Origin: Antedon mediterranea | Lineage: Eukaryota; Animalia; Echinodermata | DNA: 64,000 nucleotides | Direction of reading: 5' to 3' | NCBI RefSeq assembly: GCF_964355755.1 | Contig: NC_092676.1 | Span: 6,239,888 to 6,303,887 of the forward strand | Part shown: in pieces, positions 1 to 12,491 of the stretch | How the letters are laid out: each line of letters starts with the position of its first letter | Position numbering within the stretch: the first letter of the stretch is position 1 | Made by a program: the position numbers and the translations under genes | The notes under the pieces: generated by a model | What the model was told of the DNA's origin: nothing | The model's database searches: none | What the model saw: only the letters and a program-made list of their open reading frames with translations

Positions 1-170
1 GAGACCCACTATAAGAAAAGAGAGACCCCTCTATACGAAAAGAGAGACCACACTATACGAAAAGGGAGACCCTAATATACGAAAAGGGAGACCCAAATAT
101 AGGTCTCCCTTTTCATATTGGGTCTCGTGTCAGGTCTCTGGTCTCGGGTCTCTAGTTTCGAAACACCCGT
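1..170. mobile_element. Right end of a foldback/MULE-like non-autonomous element with ~21-bp subterminal tandem repeats (cut by window edge)
   Basis: Tandem GAGACCCNCTATACGAAAAG units followed by inverted GGTCTC units and terminus ...TTTCGAAACACCCG; similar in layout to the element at 53798-54878. Confidence 0.5.
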
Positions 171-246
171 TAAAAACAGATGATTTCATTTTTACAGAAA
201 CCGGTCCTATATATTTGTCTACTTTTGGATTGGGGGGGGGGGGGTG

Positions 247-482
247 GTAGTTGACCGGGGGTAGTTATCCTAAGGGGGTAGTTGTCCTAAGGGGGTGGTT
301 GTCCGGGGGGTAGTTGTCCGGGGGGTTGTTATCCTAAGGGGGTAGTTGTCCTAAGGGGGTAGTTGTCCGGGGGGTAGTTGTCCGGGGGGTAGTTGTCCGG
401 GGTGTAGTTGTCCTAAGGGGGTAGTTGTCCGGGTGGTAAACATCCGGGGGGTAACTGTCTAGGGGGTAGGTGTCCTAGAACC
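247..482 (+). repeat. G-rich minisatellite (GGGGGTAGTTGTCC[TAA]), probably a transposon subterminal array
   Basis: More than a dozen 14-17 bp units ending in TGTCCTAGAACC. Confidence 0.85.
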
Positions 483-2984
483 CATGCACTCGATGTTGCG
501 GGTGCGAAACTCATGAATAACAAGTTAGAAAGAACTGACGGAATGGTGGACTTCCCTTCTTGTTGAGGCTGGGCGCGGCCGTCTTATACATCGACGATAT
601 ACAAAATACCGATATTCTACTCTCAGTTAGGGGGTGCGTCTTTACACAGGTGCGACTTATACACCGAAATATACACTAACTTCTAAAATATTTAATTAGG
701 CCTGCTAACAACGACCTACTGTGTAGTAGGCCTAGCCTAGGCTAGTTTAGACACGGGGCCTAACGCGCCCAAAACAGATTTAAAGTGTGAAACAAATTAT
801 GAATAGATGTTTGAGCTCGTTGTTTTATTCAGTGTGTTTTGTTACTCTCAAATTCGCGTACAATTAACAGAGAAATTAACATAAAAAAAAAACTTTTTTC
901 CACCCCCTCCCCCTACCAAAAAAAAAAACTTGACAGCAAACAAACAATTTTTTTTTTAGCCCTAATCTGAAAATGCAAGCAACAAAGCCTAACACACTAT
1001 AGTTGCTTAAAATACTTGGCGGTGAATAATGCAACGAAATTAAAAAATAAAACGGCTTACCTGCCAGACTTCAACCTGTACGAATCATAAGACCATATCG
1101 TTGGTCAATATTTCAGCATTTCTTTGGTCTTGCATTGTTTGAAGAGAAGCTGGAGCATTACAAAGACTATTATACTTTTTTATTCATGGTATAACAAATA
1201 TTGACAGTTTCTATTTTACCAAACAGTTGGTCTGTTCCATTATGGCTAAAGGGTAATTTGTAATCTATATATCCATTTTGTTTTCAATCTGTGCTGCAGA
1301 GGTTGGATATAGATTTTTTTTTACGGATAATGAGCTAGCGTTTTCAGTCGCCGTATATTATGTACAAATCTTTATTATTGCAGTTAAACCACCCACGTGA
1401 CATCATCACCCTTCCCCCACTGGCATGAGTAGCGTTGTAAAGCCAGTAGAGGATAGGCCTACGGTGCATCACATGCCCTAAACGCAGAACAACTTTGGTG
1501 GGTAGGGTTAGGAACCAACTTAAGTATGAATTGGCTATAAGAAACAATTGAAAACCATTAGGCCTACTAATTAGGCCTAAGTTGAGTTAGATAATTTAAT
1601 ATTTATTGACGATTAAGTCGAATTTATGATTTGCCACGAATAGGGGTGGTTTTCACAAATTGTTATACATTATATAAACATATTATAAACGTCGTAGTGA
1701 TGTATCGTTACATGTACTATACTATTTCAATCGACTAGGACGGTGATAGTTTCAACAAAGTATTACATCGCAATGTTTTACTGTGTTTAGTGGTATATTA
1801 TTTGTAAAACATGAAAACAATTAATATTTCGTTACTACATGGATAAAGAATATATTTAACAATTGTTCCTCTTTGCACCCATCCTCTTTCCCATCCCTCA
1901 ACCCTAATGTTACATACAAAACACAAATTAAGTTTGTTTAAATTTGACTTAAACAATTTGTCTCATTTTGTGACAAGTTTTTCTTTCGGAAGTAATTCCC
2001 AGGGTGCTAATTTTAGTTCAGTACATAAATCACAGTGTCTATTTACTCGTTCCTGTAAACGACATGTATTATTGTCCTGCGGTACGTACATTTGAAATCG
2101 CCAGTTTTTTAACGCTGAAATTATTATGTACTAGAGGGTGAGCTTGCTTCGCTCGCTCCCCCTCTAGGAAGTGTAGACGATGGTTCTCGGAATGATAATG
2201 TTCTCCTTATACATTTTCTGTCGGTTACCATTATTGAAAATGCTTGACATTCGTAAAACTAAACTACTTTGTTTCACAGTGTTTTAGATGATTAATAACA
2301 TTTTAAAGTATAGTTTTTATTGTTTGGTAGGGCCCTTTGGGGAGGCGGAGGTCATTTGAGGGAGGTGCTTATTCGAGGGATATATGTTAAATGTTTTAGT
2401 TCTAATAATATGGTAACATTTATAATCAAATGAAATCCTCTCATATATATGAAAAGTGGTAAAAAAGAATAACAAATGCTTGGTAAATTGCAGATAACAG
2501 TGCGGTGAATTCTACTACAAATAGTATAATTGTGTTATTATAAATATGTGGATGGACGTTTATTAGATAGTTGGGTTGTGGGGGGGGGGGGGAGTTATTA
2601 TTCAAAGTGATTTTTTATTGGAGAGGCGTTTATTCAAATGAATACCATCCTAATAATTATTAGTACATTATTTAATTTAATCATCTTTTGAAACTAACTG
2701 CCGTGACAGAGTGGGCCCAAGAAAGAAGACATTACGGCTTGCAACATGGGCAGACATCTCGGGACACAGGAAGATAGCCTACAGTTATTCCTGCAAGCTT
2801 ACTCAATAAAACTCAGCTATCGGGATTTCACTCGAAAAATGTCTTATCAAATCTCCCTATGTAATTTTATAATACTATTCCCCACAATATATTCTGATTC
2901 TTTATGGCGTATATTTAATTTGATCTTTATTAATTTGCAGTATAATTCCTATTATTTAACTACTGTACCTTCACACACGTGTGG

Positions 2985-3870
2985 TATGTTTTAAAATAAA
3001 CAAAAAACTGAAATGGCTATGATTAATGGCCAATTTTTTTTTCGTCTTCCAAAGGGACACTGTATTGATTGATGGAAAGTGCCTGTTTCCAGTCACCTTT
3101 AGGGTCAAATCTATTATTTTAACTGCTCCCTTGTGTATAAAAGAAAGAAAATATTTGAAACTAAGGTGAACTTATCTTAAACCCGGAAATTACTTTGACC
3201 GGGAAGAATTGAAATTGAGAGGAAAATCCAATGTTGAAATCATAAATGTTGTTATAAAAATCTTTATAATATCTTCCTAAGATATAAATATGGAACAATA
3301 GCGTCGGCGTGCACACTAATGTTATCAAATCTACGTTTCGCGGTACATCTCGGATAGATAAGGTAGGTATCCAAGGCGGAGATTTGTACCGAAGTTTTTG
3401 CATTGTGCTCGCCTATGTCAGAATTAATATGTTTTAAAATAAACAAAAAACTGAAATGGCTATGATTAATGGCCAATTTTTTTTTCGTCTTCCAAAGGGA
3501 CACTGTATTGATTGATGGAAAGTGCCTGTTTCCAGTCACCTTTAGGGTCAAATCTATTATTTTAACTGCTCCCTTGTGTATAAAAGAGAGAAAATATTTG
3601 AAACTAAGGTGAACTTATCTTAAACCCGGAAATTACTTTGACCGGGAAGAATTGAAATTGAGAGGAAAATCCAATGTTGAAATCATAAATGTTGTTAAAA
3701 AAATCTTTATAATATCTTCCTAAGATATAAATATGGAACAATAGCGTCGGCGTGCACACTAATGTTATCAAATCTACGTTTCGCGGTACATCTCGGATAG
3801 ATAAGGTAGGTATCCAAGGCGGAGATTTGTACCGAAGTTTTTGCATTGTGCTCGCCTATGTCAGAATTAA
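2985..3870. repeat. Near-perfect tandem duplication, 443-bp unit
   Basis: 2985-3427 repeated at 3428-3870; near-identical shadow ORFs at 3161 and 3604 are offset by 443. Confidence 0.95.
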
Positions 3871-4527
3871 CCATAATTTATATATAGATTCGAGAACCAT
3901 CTGTGGGCACGACCTAGTTTTATTATCAATTTTCGCAGAAGATTTTATCTGCCATTTACTATTACTGTCTTATTATATCAATAATTGGTGTGAAGAAAGT
4001 TGGCATGATTATAATTGTGGTTAAAACCAAGTAAAATTAAGTGAGACTTAACACTCACATGTTACGGTACAAAACCAGTAGGCCTACATTATAGAGAAAA
4101 CGGCTGAGAAATAATATTGTAATAATACCACGACAATAAGCCAACATATCTCCACTTGGTTGTTCAACACAATATAACTTTTATTTAGCGCTGTTCCATA
4201 CGTTCTTTTTCTTACTACTGCTGTCTGCCTTTTGTTATGCAAATTATCATTGTACTATTATAGTACAATGCTTAAAACCTTTTTTACAAAGTGTAGTTCA
4301 TGGAGATGTTATACCTCCATATCTCTATGCGCCATACATACAAGGAAGGTAAACTATCCGAGTTCTATTGCTTTTGGAAACGGCGATTGGACCAAGAGTC
4401 TGAGGTAGGCCTACTGTAAATTTATACTATATTTGTTATTTGGCGAAACATAGTATCTGGGTAGGCTTTTGGTAGGTAAAAACATACGTGGCGTAATTGT
4501 TTAGTTCTAGTTCTAGTTTGTTTTATC

Positions 4528-4672
4528 TTTATACTGGGTGACCTCTTCAGTCAAAGACTGATCTCCCAGAGGGCCCAGTTGGTGATCAGTGGCTGTGATG
4601 TACTAGTACACCGGGGTAACCCCCTACTCGTCTCGAAAGATGTACTAGGTTCTTTAAAGTGCACACGAGCAA
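4528..4672 (-). mobile_element. DeuSINE/Nin-domain-like SINE, 3' part
   Basis: Reverse complement contains GCACTTTAAAGAACC...TTTCGAGACGAGTAGGGGGTTACCCCGGTG, resembling the Deu core; near-identical copy at 43922-44107 and diverged copies near 20140-20345 and 43375-43545. Confidence 0.65.
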
Positions 4673-4808
4673 GTGTTTAGTTTGGTCATAGAGATATTCT
4701 CTATGGTTTGGTATAGATCGTTTTAGTTACGCTTACTAAAGATTTAAATGATAGGCCTATACGGTTAAATGATTGATCCTAAATCATTCATTTTACGTTT
4801 CAGAAAGT

Positions 4809-7171
4809 ATGAGGTGGAAATCATGCATTACTACATTTGTTGCACTTGCTATTACGATGTTTACTTTATATACCTGTGTCAAAGGTCAGTAATTTAAATT
4901 TATTTTTCCATATATGAATATATATAAAGATATTGGATAATACACCTATGATTAAAAGTAGGAATTATTCGCAGTAATGTAATAGTATGGTAGCTAGTCT
5001 ATAAAAAGCGTAGCTTCTTCCCCTATACCTCCATGCCTGAGTGAAAGAAAACCAAATAATGGGATTCTAGATACAAATTAGAAAAAATGCATTTTTAAAC
5101 AATTATTTTGGAAAAAAAAATTAGCTATGCTATGCAAAATACATTGTGTGAGCCCTGTTGTGAAAATGTTATGTGAGGAATTAAAAATTGTGGTCAGAAA
5201 GTTTATATTTTTTATTTATTTGTTATAATATTCATTTTTTAATGTATATTTTTCAGTTCTTTTTCAAGGCTTCATTTTAGAAACCAACGATATAGTGAAA
5301 AATGTTAAATTGTCCGTACCAATAACACGGAATCCAAAAAGAAGGCCTGTCTACAGCTACAACACCGACGGCCGTGTACACACCAGTAATACCACAATTG
5401 ACATTAGCAAGGAAATAGATTTATTAGAATTGGACAGAAGGATAGTTATTGCGGCAGGGTTTAGTAACAAAGAAACTTACACAGGCCTAGGAATGATAAC
5501 GTCTATTCAGGCCCATATGCCTAACAAGAAAATTATTATTTATGATCTTGGAATTAGTAAACATAAAGTTAAATCTGTAAGTTTTTATTACAAAAATATT
5601 TTCTTCTCCTAAGTTACATTATCATAATATGAGAATTCTACTTTTTTTATCCTAAAGATGGAGGTAACAAATAATTAATTTACCTCCATGTCATAAACAG
5701 CTCAATCTAACGGTAAATCAACTGCATACAGATATCATTTTTACACCAAAAACATTTCTTGCAACTGGTGTCTTGTGATGGTCAATCGACACATTTCCAA
5801 TGTGCTTGTGCAAGTTGCGAAAATATTTGTCTGGACATATCGTTCAAATTTAACGATAACAACATCATAAGCAGGCATTCTCGGGAACTTAAATTCAATT
5901 GTATATTGTAGTATTACTTATATTAGTACTAAAATAATGTAGTTGTTATTAATTTATATTTCTAATTTCAGATGAAATGGATGTGCAATGTTGAAATTAG
6001 AAAGATTAATTACACCTTTTACCCAAGTCATGTTGAAATGCATGACAACATGGCATGGAAAATACTAGCAATTAAAGTGAGTATGAGTAGTAACATGCAT
6101 ATAATTATCCTAACACTCTTGTAACCGTAAGCTTGATTCAGACGCAACACTAGGACGAGACGCAACGTAAGCGAATTGACCAATGATAAGCGACTGTAAT
6201 AATCCGTAGCTTAATTTGATTGATCAAAGATCAAATCACGTACGTTGAGTTGCGTCTCTGTGTTGCGTCTCTAGTGGGAACCAAGCATTAGCACTGATCA
6301 CAGACTCGCCACTCCTATCAAGTTACGTTTTTAGGTCACACTTAAGTTTTGTACAGAATGAGTGTTTCTTCTCTATTGTGAACGTAGTTGTATACCAATG
6401 GTTTGTGATGTTAGACCTTGTTGATATTAGTTCAGCAATGTCCAAACATTTGTGTATTTGTAATGAGTTGTGTAGTAGCCTAATGCTAGAAATAAAATAA
6501 CCAAATGAATTATTGAAAAGGAAGATGTTTTATTCCCGTCGCATATTCAAATAAAAAGACCGATTATAATGTATGATCTAAATACTTTCACTATAATTTG
6601 TTCACAGGAACTTTTGATGGAATATGGTGCTGTTTTGTTTGTTAGTCCCAAGATTCGACTCAGAGCCCCCGTAAGCATTCTCCTTCAATATGCCAGTAAA
6701 CATCATGGAATAATCGGAAAAGTAAACTACAACAACAAGACTATTGATGTAACGCATCCCAGTCTCTATCGGAAATTTGGTTTAAAATACGATATATTTA
6801 AGATGTTTCCCGATAGTCCGATGCTCTCAGATGATGCATTGCTATTTGTAAATAATTCTGCAATATATCCAACGATATTACAACCATTGATGTCATGTAC
6901 TTTGACACATACATGCATTGCACCTACTGGGTCGGTAAAACGAGATGTAAATCCAGTTGGGCAAATTCACACCCATCACTACGCGATGTCGGCTTTAACT
7001 TTGTTAATGTATCGGAACTTTAACAAGACGTGGGTTGATGATACGCATGTGCATGACGTAATGGATAAGTTGTGTCAACCAGCGCCTTACGCGTCTATCA
7101 ATGATCATCAATGGGCACATTACTGTAATCCTCCGAAGAAAGAGGTAAATTGTCACTCGGGGAAATGCTAG
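4809..7171 (+). CDS. DUF1647-family type II membrane protein (glycosyltransferase-like), 4 coding exons
   Basis: Exons 4809-4884, 5257-5576, 5972-6076 and 6608-7171 with GT-AG junctions in compatible phases; N-terminal TM (CITTFVALAITMFTLYTCV); motifs IQAHMPNKKIIIYDLG, CNVEIRK..YPSHV....AWK and C.L...CIAP.G typical of DUF1647 proteins. Confidence 0.8.
6128..6290. mobile_element. PIF/Harbinger (Tourist)-like MITE family B
   Basis: TIR AAGCTTGGTTCCCACTAG / CTAGTGGGAACCAAGC (left TIR degenerate here); related copies at 31165-31405 and 32194-32371, the latter with a TTA TSD. Confidence 0.7.
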
Positions 7172-7410
7172 CATCACTTATAAAGATGAGTAGACATTGA
7201 AGGTGATCATGGAGGAGAAGAAGACCAAGATCAAATGAATAAAAACTATAATGGAACTTATTGCGCAGGAGCAAGATCAGCCAACCATCGAATAAAATAG
7301 GTAAATAAAGTTGACGAAAAATTGAGAGGAAAATCCGGCACAATGAGAATGGACGAATAACAGTTACCCAAGCAAGATCGGATAAAGATCGAAAATGGAA
7401 AAGACAAAAA

Positions 7411-8905
7411 CACCAATATGGTTTTAGGAAAAAATATAGTACCAAGCTTTCTTTAATTAATTTAGTTAATACTCTTCAATTTCACTTTGCACTTGGTATT
7501 TTTATTGATTTTTCCAAGGCCTTTGATACCATTAATCATGAAATTTTAATTTCTAAACTAAATTACTACGGAGTAAGAGGTAATCTCCTCTACAGTGGAT
7601 TTCTAATTATCTTAGTAACAGATTTCAGTTTGTGTCTTCAGGAAACTTTATATCAGATTGATTGCCCATCAATTGTGGTGTTCCCCAGTGATCGGTGCTC
7701 GGTGTCATTTTGTTTTTAATTTATATTAATGATTTGCCAAATTCTACTGATTTTTTTTATTTTTGCTGTTGATTCCAACCTATTTAAACCTTTATCTGGA
7801 AATGTGTTAAATCTTGACGAAATTAACATACAATTTCAAAAAGTAATTAATTGGTGTAATGCCAATAAATTAACAATTAATACTGACAAAACAAAGTTTA
7901 TTGTTTTTCGTTCAAGAATTAAAAATATTAGTATCAATGGCTCTATCAAGATAAATAATAATAAGATTTCTGAAACGGATACGATTTTTTTTGTTGGTAT
8001 TATTTTGGATACATTTCTTTCATTTAAAGACCACATTGTTGATTTGAACAATAAATTAAGGAAGCGGGTTGGTATTTTATTTAAATTACGGCACTATATC
8101 CCTCGGAACACTTTAATCTTGCTTTATAATGCTTTTATTCAGCCACATCTAATGTATGGTATTGAGATATGGGGTAGCACATATGATTCGTATTTAAAAC
8201 CCCTTTAGTTACACAAAAAATGTGTGTCAGGTGTATGACTTTTTCTAAGTTTGGAACACATTCATTGCCTTTATTTCATTTACTTAAAATATTAGATATA
8301 AATAAACTATATACCTTATGTGTTTCTAAATTTGTTTCTGATCTATTTAATAATAGATTACCTCACAGTTTATCTGATTATTTTGAAACTACTGATCATG
8401 CATATAATACAAGAATTAATCATTATTTTAATTTAGCCATTCCCCCTTGTCGTATTAATTGTGGACGATTTAGAATTTCTTTTTCTGGTGCTGTTATTTG
8501 GAATGATTTACCTTTAGAATTACGAACAATTACATATAGATTTGCTTTCTCTAAACAACTTAAAGAATTACTTTATCTAAGTATATAAAAGAATAATCTA
8601 TAATTTGCAATGTTTTTATATATTGTTAATTCATCAGATATTATCTATTGAACTGATATGGTTTTGTTTATTACAGTATAGTACATACAGACTTTATGTT
8701 ATGTTATGTTATGTTATTTATTTATTATTCAACATTTTTTGTTTTGTTTTTGACGTTATCAAATTTTTATTTTCTTTTAAGTTCTGTTATTTATTTGTTA
8801 ATTTTGTAGCTTAAGTTAGTTAAGATAAAAGGTACCAAGCTTGATTAGCTTCGGCTATACCTTGGCTACCTTTTGTATTAAATTGTTTTTTGTTTGATAC
8901 AATAA
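7411..8905 (+). mobile_element. 5'-truncated, decayed CR1-group (Crack/Daphne-like) LINE with 3' UTR
   Basis: Fragments HQYGFRKKYST, IDFSKAFDTINH, GVPQ*SVLG, WCNANKLTINTDKT, YGIEIWG, GAVIWNDLP; stops and frameshifts; ends at AATAAA. Confidence 0.9.
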
Positions 8906-8962
8906 AGAAGATGATCAAGAAATTATCAAAGGAGGAGTTAAAGGTAGAAAGAAACCAAGCAT

Positions 8963-9220
8963 CACAATGAGCATAAAGAATATAATAGAATAGACAGTTA
9001 CCCAAGCAAGATCAGTTGAAGATCGAATAAAATGGAAGATCATGGAGGGGGAAGTTGCAAGAAGAGAGAACCCAAACAGCACAATGTGCGTAAAGAATAT
9101 AATAGAATAGACAGTTACCCAAGCAAGATCAGTTGAAGATCGAATAAAATGGAAGATCATGGAGAGGGAAGTTGCAAGAAGAGAGAACCGTACCCAAGCA
9201 GCACAATGTGCGTAAAGAAT
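8963..9220 (+). repeat. Purine-rich ~117-bp tandem repeat; related sequence at 7180-7410 on the other side of the LINE
   Basis: CACAATG..AAAGAATATAATAGAATAGACAGTTACCCAAGCAAGATCAGTTGAAGATCG occurs twice plus a partial unit; CAGTTACCCAAGCAAGATC also at ~7361. Confidence 0.8.
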
Positions 9221-9959
9221 AGAAATGGAATGAACGAATAACAATTGCGCAGAAGCAAAGTCTAAATATCAAATGGAAGAAAATCCTAGAAAGGAAAGTT
9301 GAAAGGTAACAGAGAAAAAACAAGGACAATGGATAAAGAATTAATGGAACGGACGAAGAACATTTATTGGTTATCATTCCATATATATACATCATCTGCA
9401 AAAAAGTTACTGATTTTAAATTGAAGATGTTATTTTATGTTGTTATAATAAAATACTGATAAATACGGAATTCCTTACAGATCGCCAATTTTAAATCACA
9501 AAGTCTAAACAATTTGTTTGTTTCAGCAAACTGTTTAATTCTTAAATAACTTGGGCGAAAAGGAATTTCATATAAATTTAACTACTGATGGTAAGGTCCA
9601 TGTCTACACTGACGTAGTCGTGAATTCCGTACAATTATGTCAGATTACAATAAAACGTCTTGATTTATTAAAAACGACTTTTATAGTATTTTGTATAGTC
9701 TATAAGTTATAACTTGTTGTGAAGTTGGTTTAAGTAGTCTTTTGTTGTCTTATTGTTGTATTTTTTTCTCTCTTTTTTTTGGACGCACCTTCACAAGTTA
9801 AAGTAAGCCACTGATGTACAGTGCCAAAACTATTATCATTACAACACTGGCATGTTAGATAGCATATCGTGTACTGGTCTCCAGTACTACAGTAGCAATA
9901 AACCACGAGTGCCGATATCTTTCTCCGTAAAGATTTATGATCATTGTTTATGCGGTTTA

Positions 9960-12270
9960 TGTGTACGTCGTTCGGTTAATTAATCATGCATATGGTACGG
10001 ATGATCCTAATATTGCTTTACTTTCATTTGAAACTGAATTCAAACGACTGTATGATAAACATTTTGCAATTCAAGAGCAGTCTGCAGGAAAAAAAAATAA
10101 AGACCTGGATGACGGATGAACTCTTAAATTCAATAAAGCATAAACAGAAACTGTATTCCAAATCCCTCCGCTATCCGAATGACAAAAACATAAATGAATA
10201 TAAGCAATTCCGTAACTCCCTTAACTCTTTAATAAAATTAACAAAACGCAATTATTATGAAAAAAAAAGTTTAAGCAGCAGAAAGATAATATCAAAGGAA
10301 CATGGACAATTATAAATAGTCTCATAAAAACGAATGAAAGTAAGCATTTCGAAGAGTCCACTATAAATTGCGAAGGAAACTTAACGGATGATCCCAACAT
10401 AATTTCAAATCATTTTAATAATTTTTTTGTTAATATTGGACCTACCCTCGCCAGAAATATAGACACATCTAATGCAAATTTTAAGGATTACCTCCCTCCG
10501 CCATCCATAAATTCTTTATTTCTCAATCCTGTGACTGCTTTTGAGGTTATGGATATTGTTATGCGCCTCAAAAATAGTAAAGCACCTGGCATTGATGATA
10601 TTAACCCGTCTATTATTAAACAACTTATCCCTTTTATTTCTGAACCCCTCTGCTACATTTTCAATCTTTGTTTTGTAAATGGCACCTTTCCTGACACCCT
10701 TAAACTAGCTAAAGTAACTCCTATTTTTAAAACTGGTGACAAATCTGATTCCAGTAATTACCGTCCTATATCAGTGCTACCGATCTTTTCCAAAATACTT
10801 GAACGCCTTATTTATGATCGAACATACAATTATCTTCAAAAGAATAGTATACTTTACAATAAACAATTTGGCTTTCGTAAGAACTATAATACATCCACCG
10901 CACTTCTTCAATTAACAAATGAAATTGTTGGGGCTTTCGAGAGGGGTGATTTTGCCATTGGTATTTTCATTGACCTCTCGAAGGCCTTTGATACAATTGA
11001 TCACGATATTTTATTATATAAGTTACATACTTATGGAATCCGTGGCCCTGTATATAATTTATTCAAAAGCTACCTTTCAAACCGCAAGCAATGCACTAAA
11101 TTTAAACACACCCTTTCTGATTTTCTTCCTATTATTTGTGGAGTCCCTCAAGGTTCCCTGCTTGGGCCTCTATTATTTTTATTATACATAAATGATATCC
11201 ATAATGCCTCAAATATGTTTTCTTTTCTGTTGTATGCTGATGACACAACCCTAATTTACACTGATAAAAATATAGATTCCCTTTTTAAAATATCAACCGA
11301 AAATCTACCCAAAATTTTAACATACTTTTCTGCAAACAAACTTTCTGTTAATCTAAAGTGCTGTGGTATGGTGTTCAAAAATTCACAAATACCACTAAAT
11401 ACTAGTACTTTTAAACTAAAAATTAAAGATCAATTAATACCGATTGTTGAAAAAACTAAATTTCTTGGTGTTTATCTGGACTGTAAGCTAAATTGGAAAC
11501 ATCAGATTACACAAGTCGAAAACAAAATATCCAAAAGTTCTGGTATCATATATAGATTATCATCTTTCATCCCTCAAAACATACTCCGGATTCTTTAATG
11601 TTCACTAGTCCTCCCTTACCTCACTTACTGTAATATTATTTGGGGTAATACATACCCGTCCTACTTAAACAAACTGTTATTGATCCAAAAGAAAACCGTA
11701 AGATACATAGCAAATGCTCCTCCTTTATCCCATTCCAATCCTTTATTTTCTTCATTTGGTCTTCTTAAAATTCAGGATATTAACCATCTTCAACAAAGTG
11801 TTTTCCTCTATTCATGGCTAAACTCGATCCTGCCATCACACTTTGATGATTTATTTAGTTTCAATCTTAATTTTCGTATTCCTTTTTTTTAAAACTACTT
11901 CTTTTAAACATAGCATTAAGTTCACTGGTCCTAAACTTTGGTATAACGTACCAGTTAATATAAAAAGTGCTTTGTCTAAGAAGACGTTTTTCTTTTAAAT
12001 TGAAACGGCACCTCTTATCTAGTTATGTTTAATTATCCTTTCACTCATTGTAGTTTTGATATTTAGTCTTTTCGGCACCCCGAATCCATTTCTGTTTTTG
12101 TCCTGTTTCCGGTTCCCGTGTTGTCCTGTTTTTTTTTCAGTTTCTATGGGCTGCCTTATACAAGCTTTGCTTTTTAGGAATGTTGCCCCTCTTATTTTAA
12201 TAATTTTTACTGTTAATTTTTATTTTCTATGAAAGACAAGAGAAATAAATGTTACTTTGATTGATTGATA
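9960..12270 (+). mobile_element. 5'-truncated CR1-group LINE; RT domain largely intact but ORF2 disrupted
   Basis: ORF 10531-11598 has NYRPISVLP, QFGFRK, DLSKAFD, GVPQGSLLGP and YADD; frameshifts at poly-A runs near 10095 and 10265, stop at 11598; 3' stem-loop and (TTGA)n tail. Confidence 0.93.
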
Positions 12271-12491
12271 ACGAAGTGTAACTAGCGCCATCACAAACAA
12301 AATATAGTCTCTTTCCATACGATTTGTGTTATATTTATTTATACTTGATGTAGGCCTATGTATTATTTGTTGTTGTATGGAAAATAAATCAATTGTTATT
12401 CTTTATTACATATTACAATACATCGAAAAAATAATGGTAAACTGTAGCCTAATGTTGTTGAAAATGAAACTTAATACATATTTAAAATGTA

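Noticed and set aside
1056-1340. Coding first exon of a minus-strand gene (donor CAG|GTAAG at 1060)
   Set aside because: All three frames hit stops shortly before the donor; at most a non-coding exon, which cannot be supported further.
3161-3846. Duplicated 80-aa ORFs and most other short ORFs in the track
   Set aside because: These are products of the tandem duplication, antisense shadows of real exons or LINEs, or low-complexity AT-rich frames with no domain signal.
4528-4600. Hammerhead ribozyme in the SINE tail (CTGAAGAG on the minus strand)
   Set aside because: No properly placed GAAA core or stem II/III arrangement was found.
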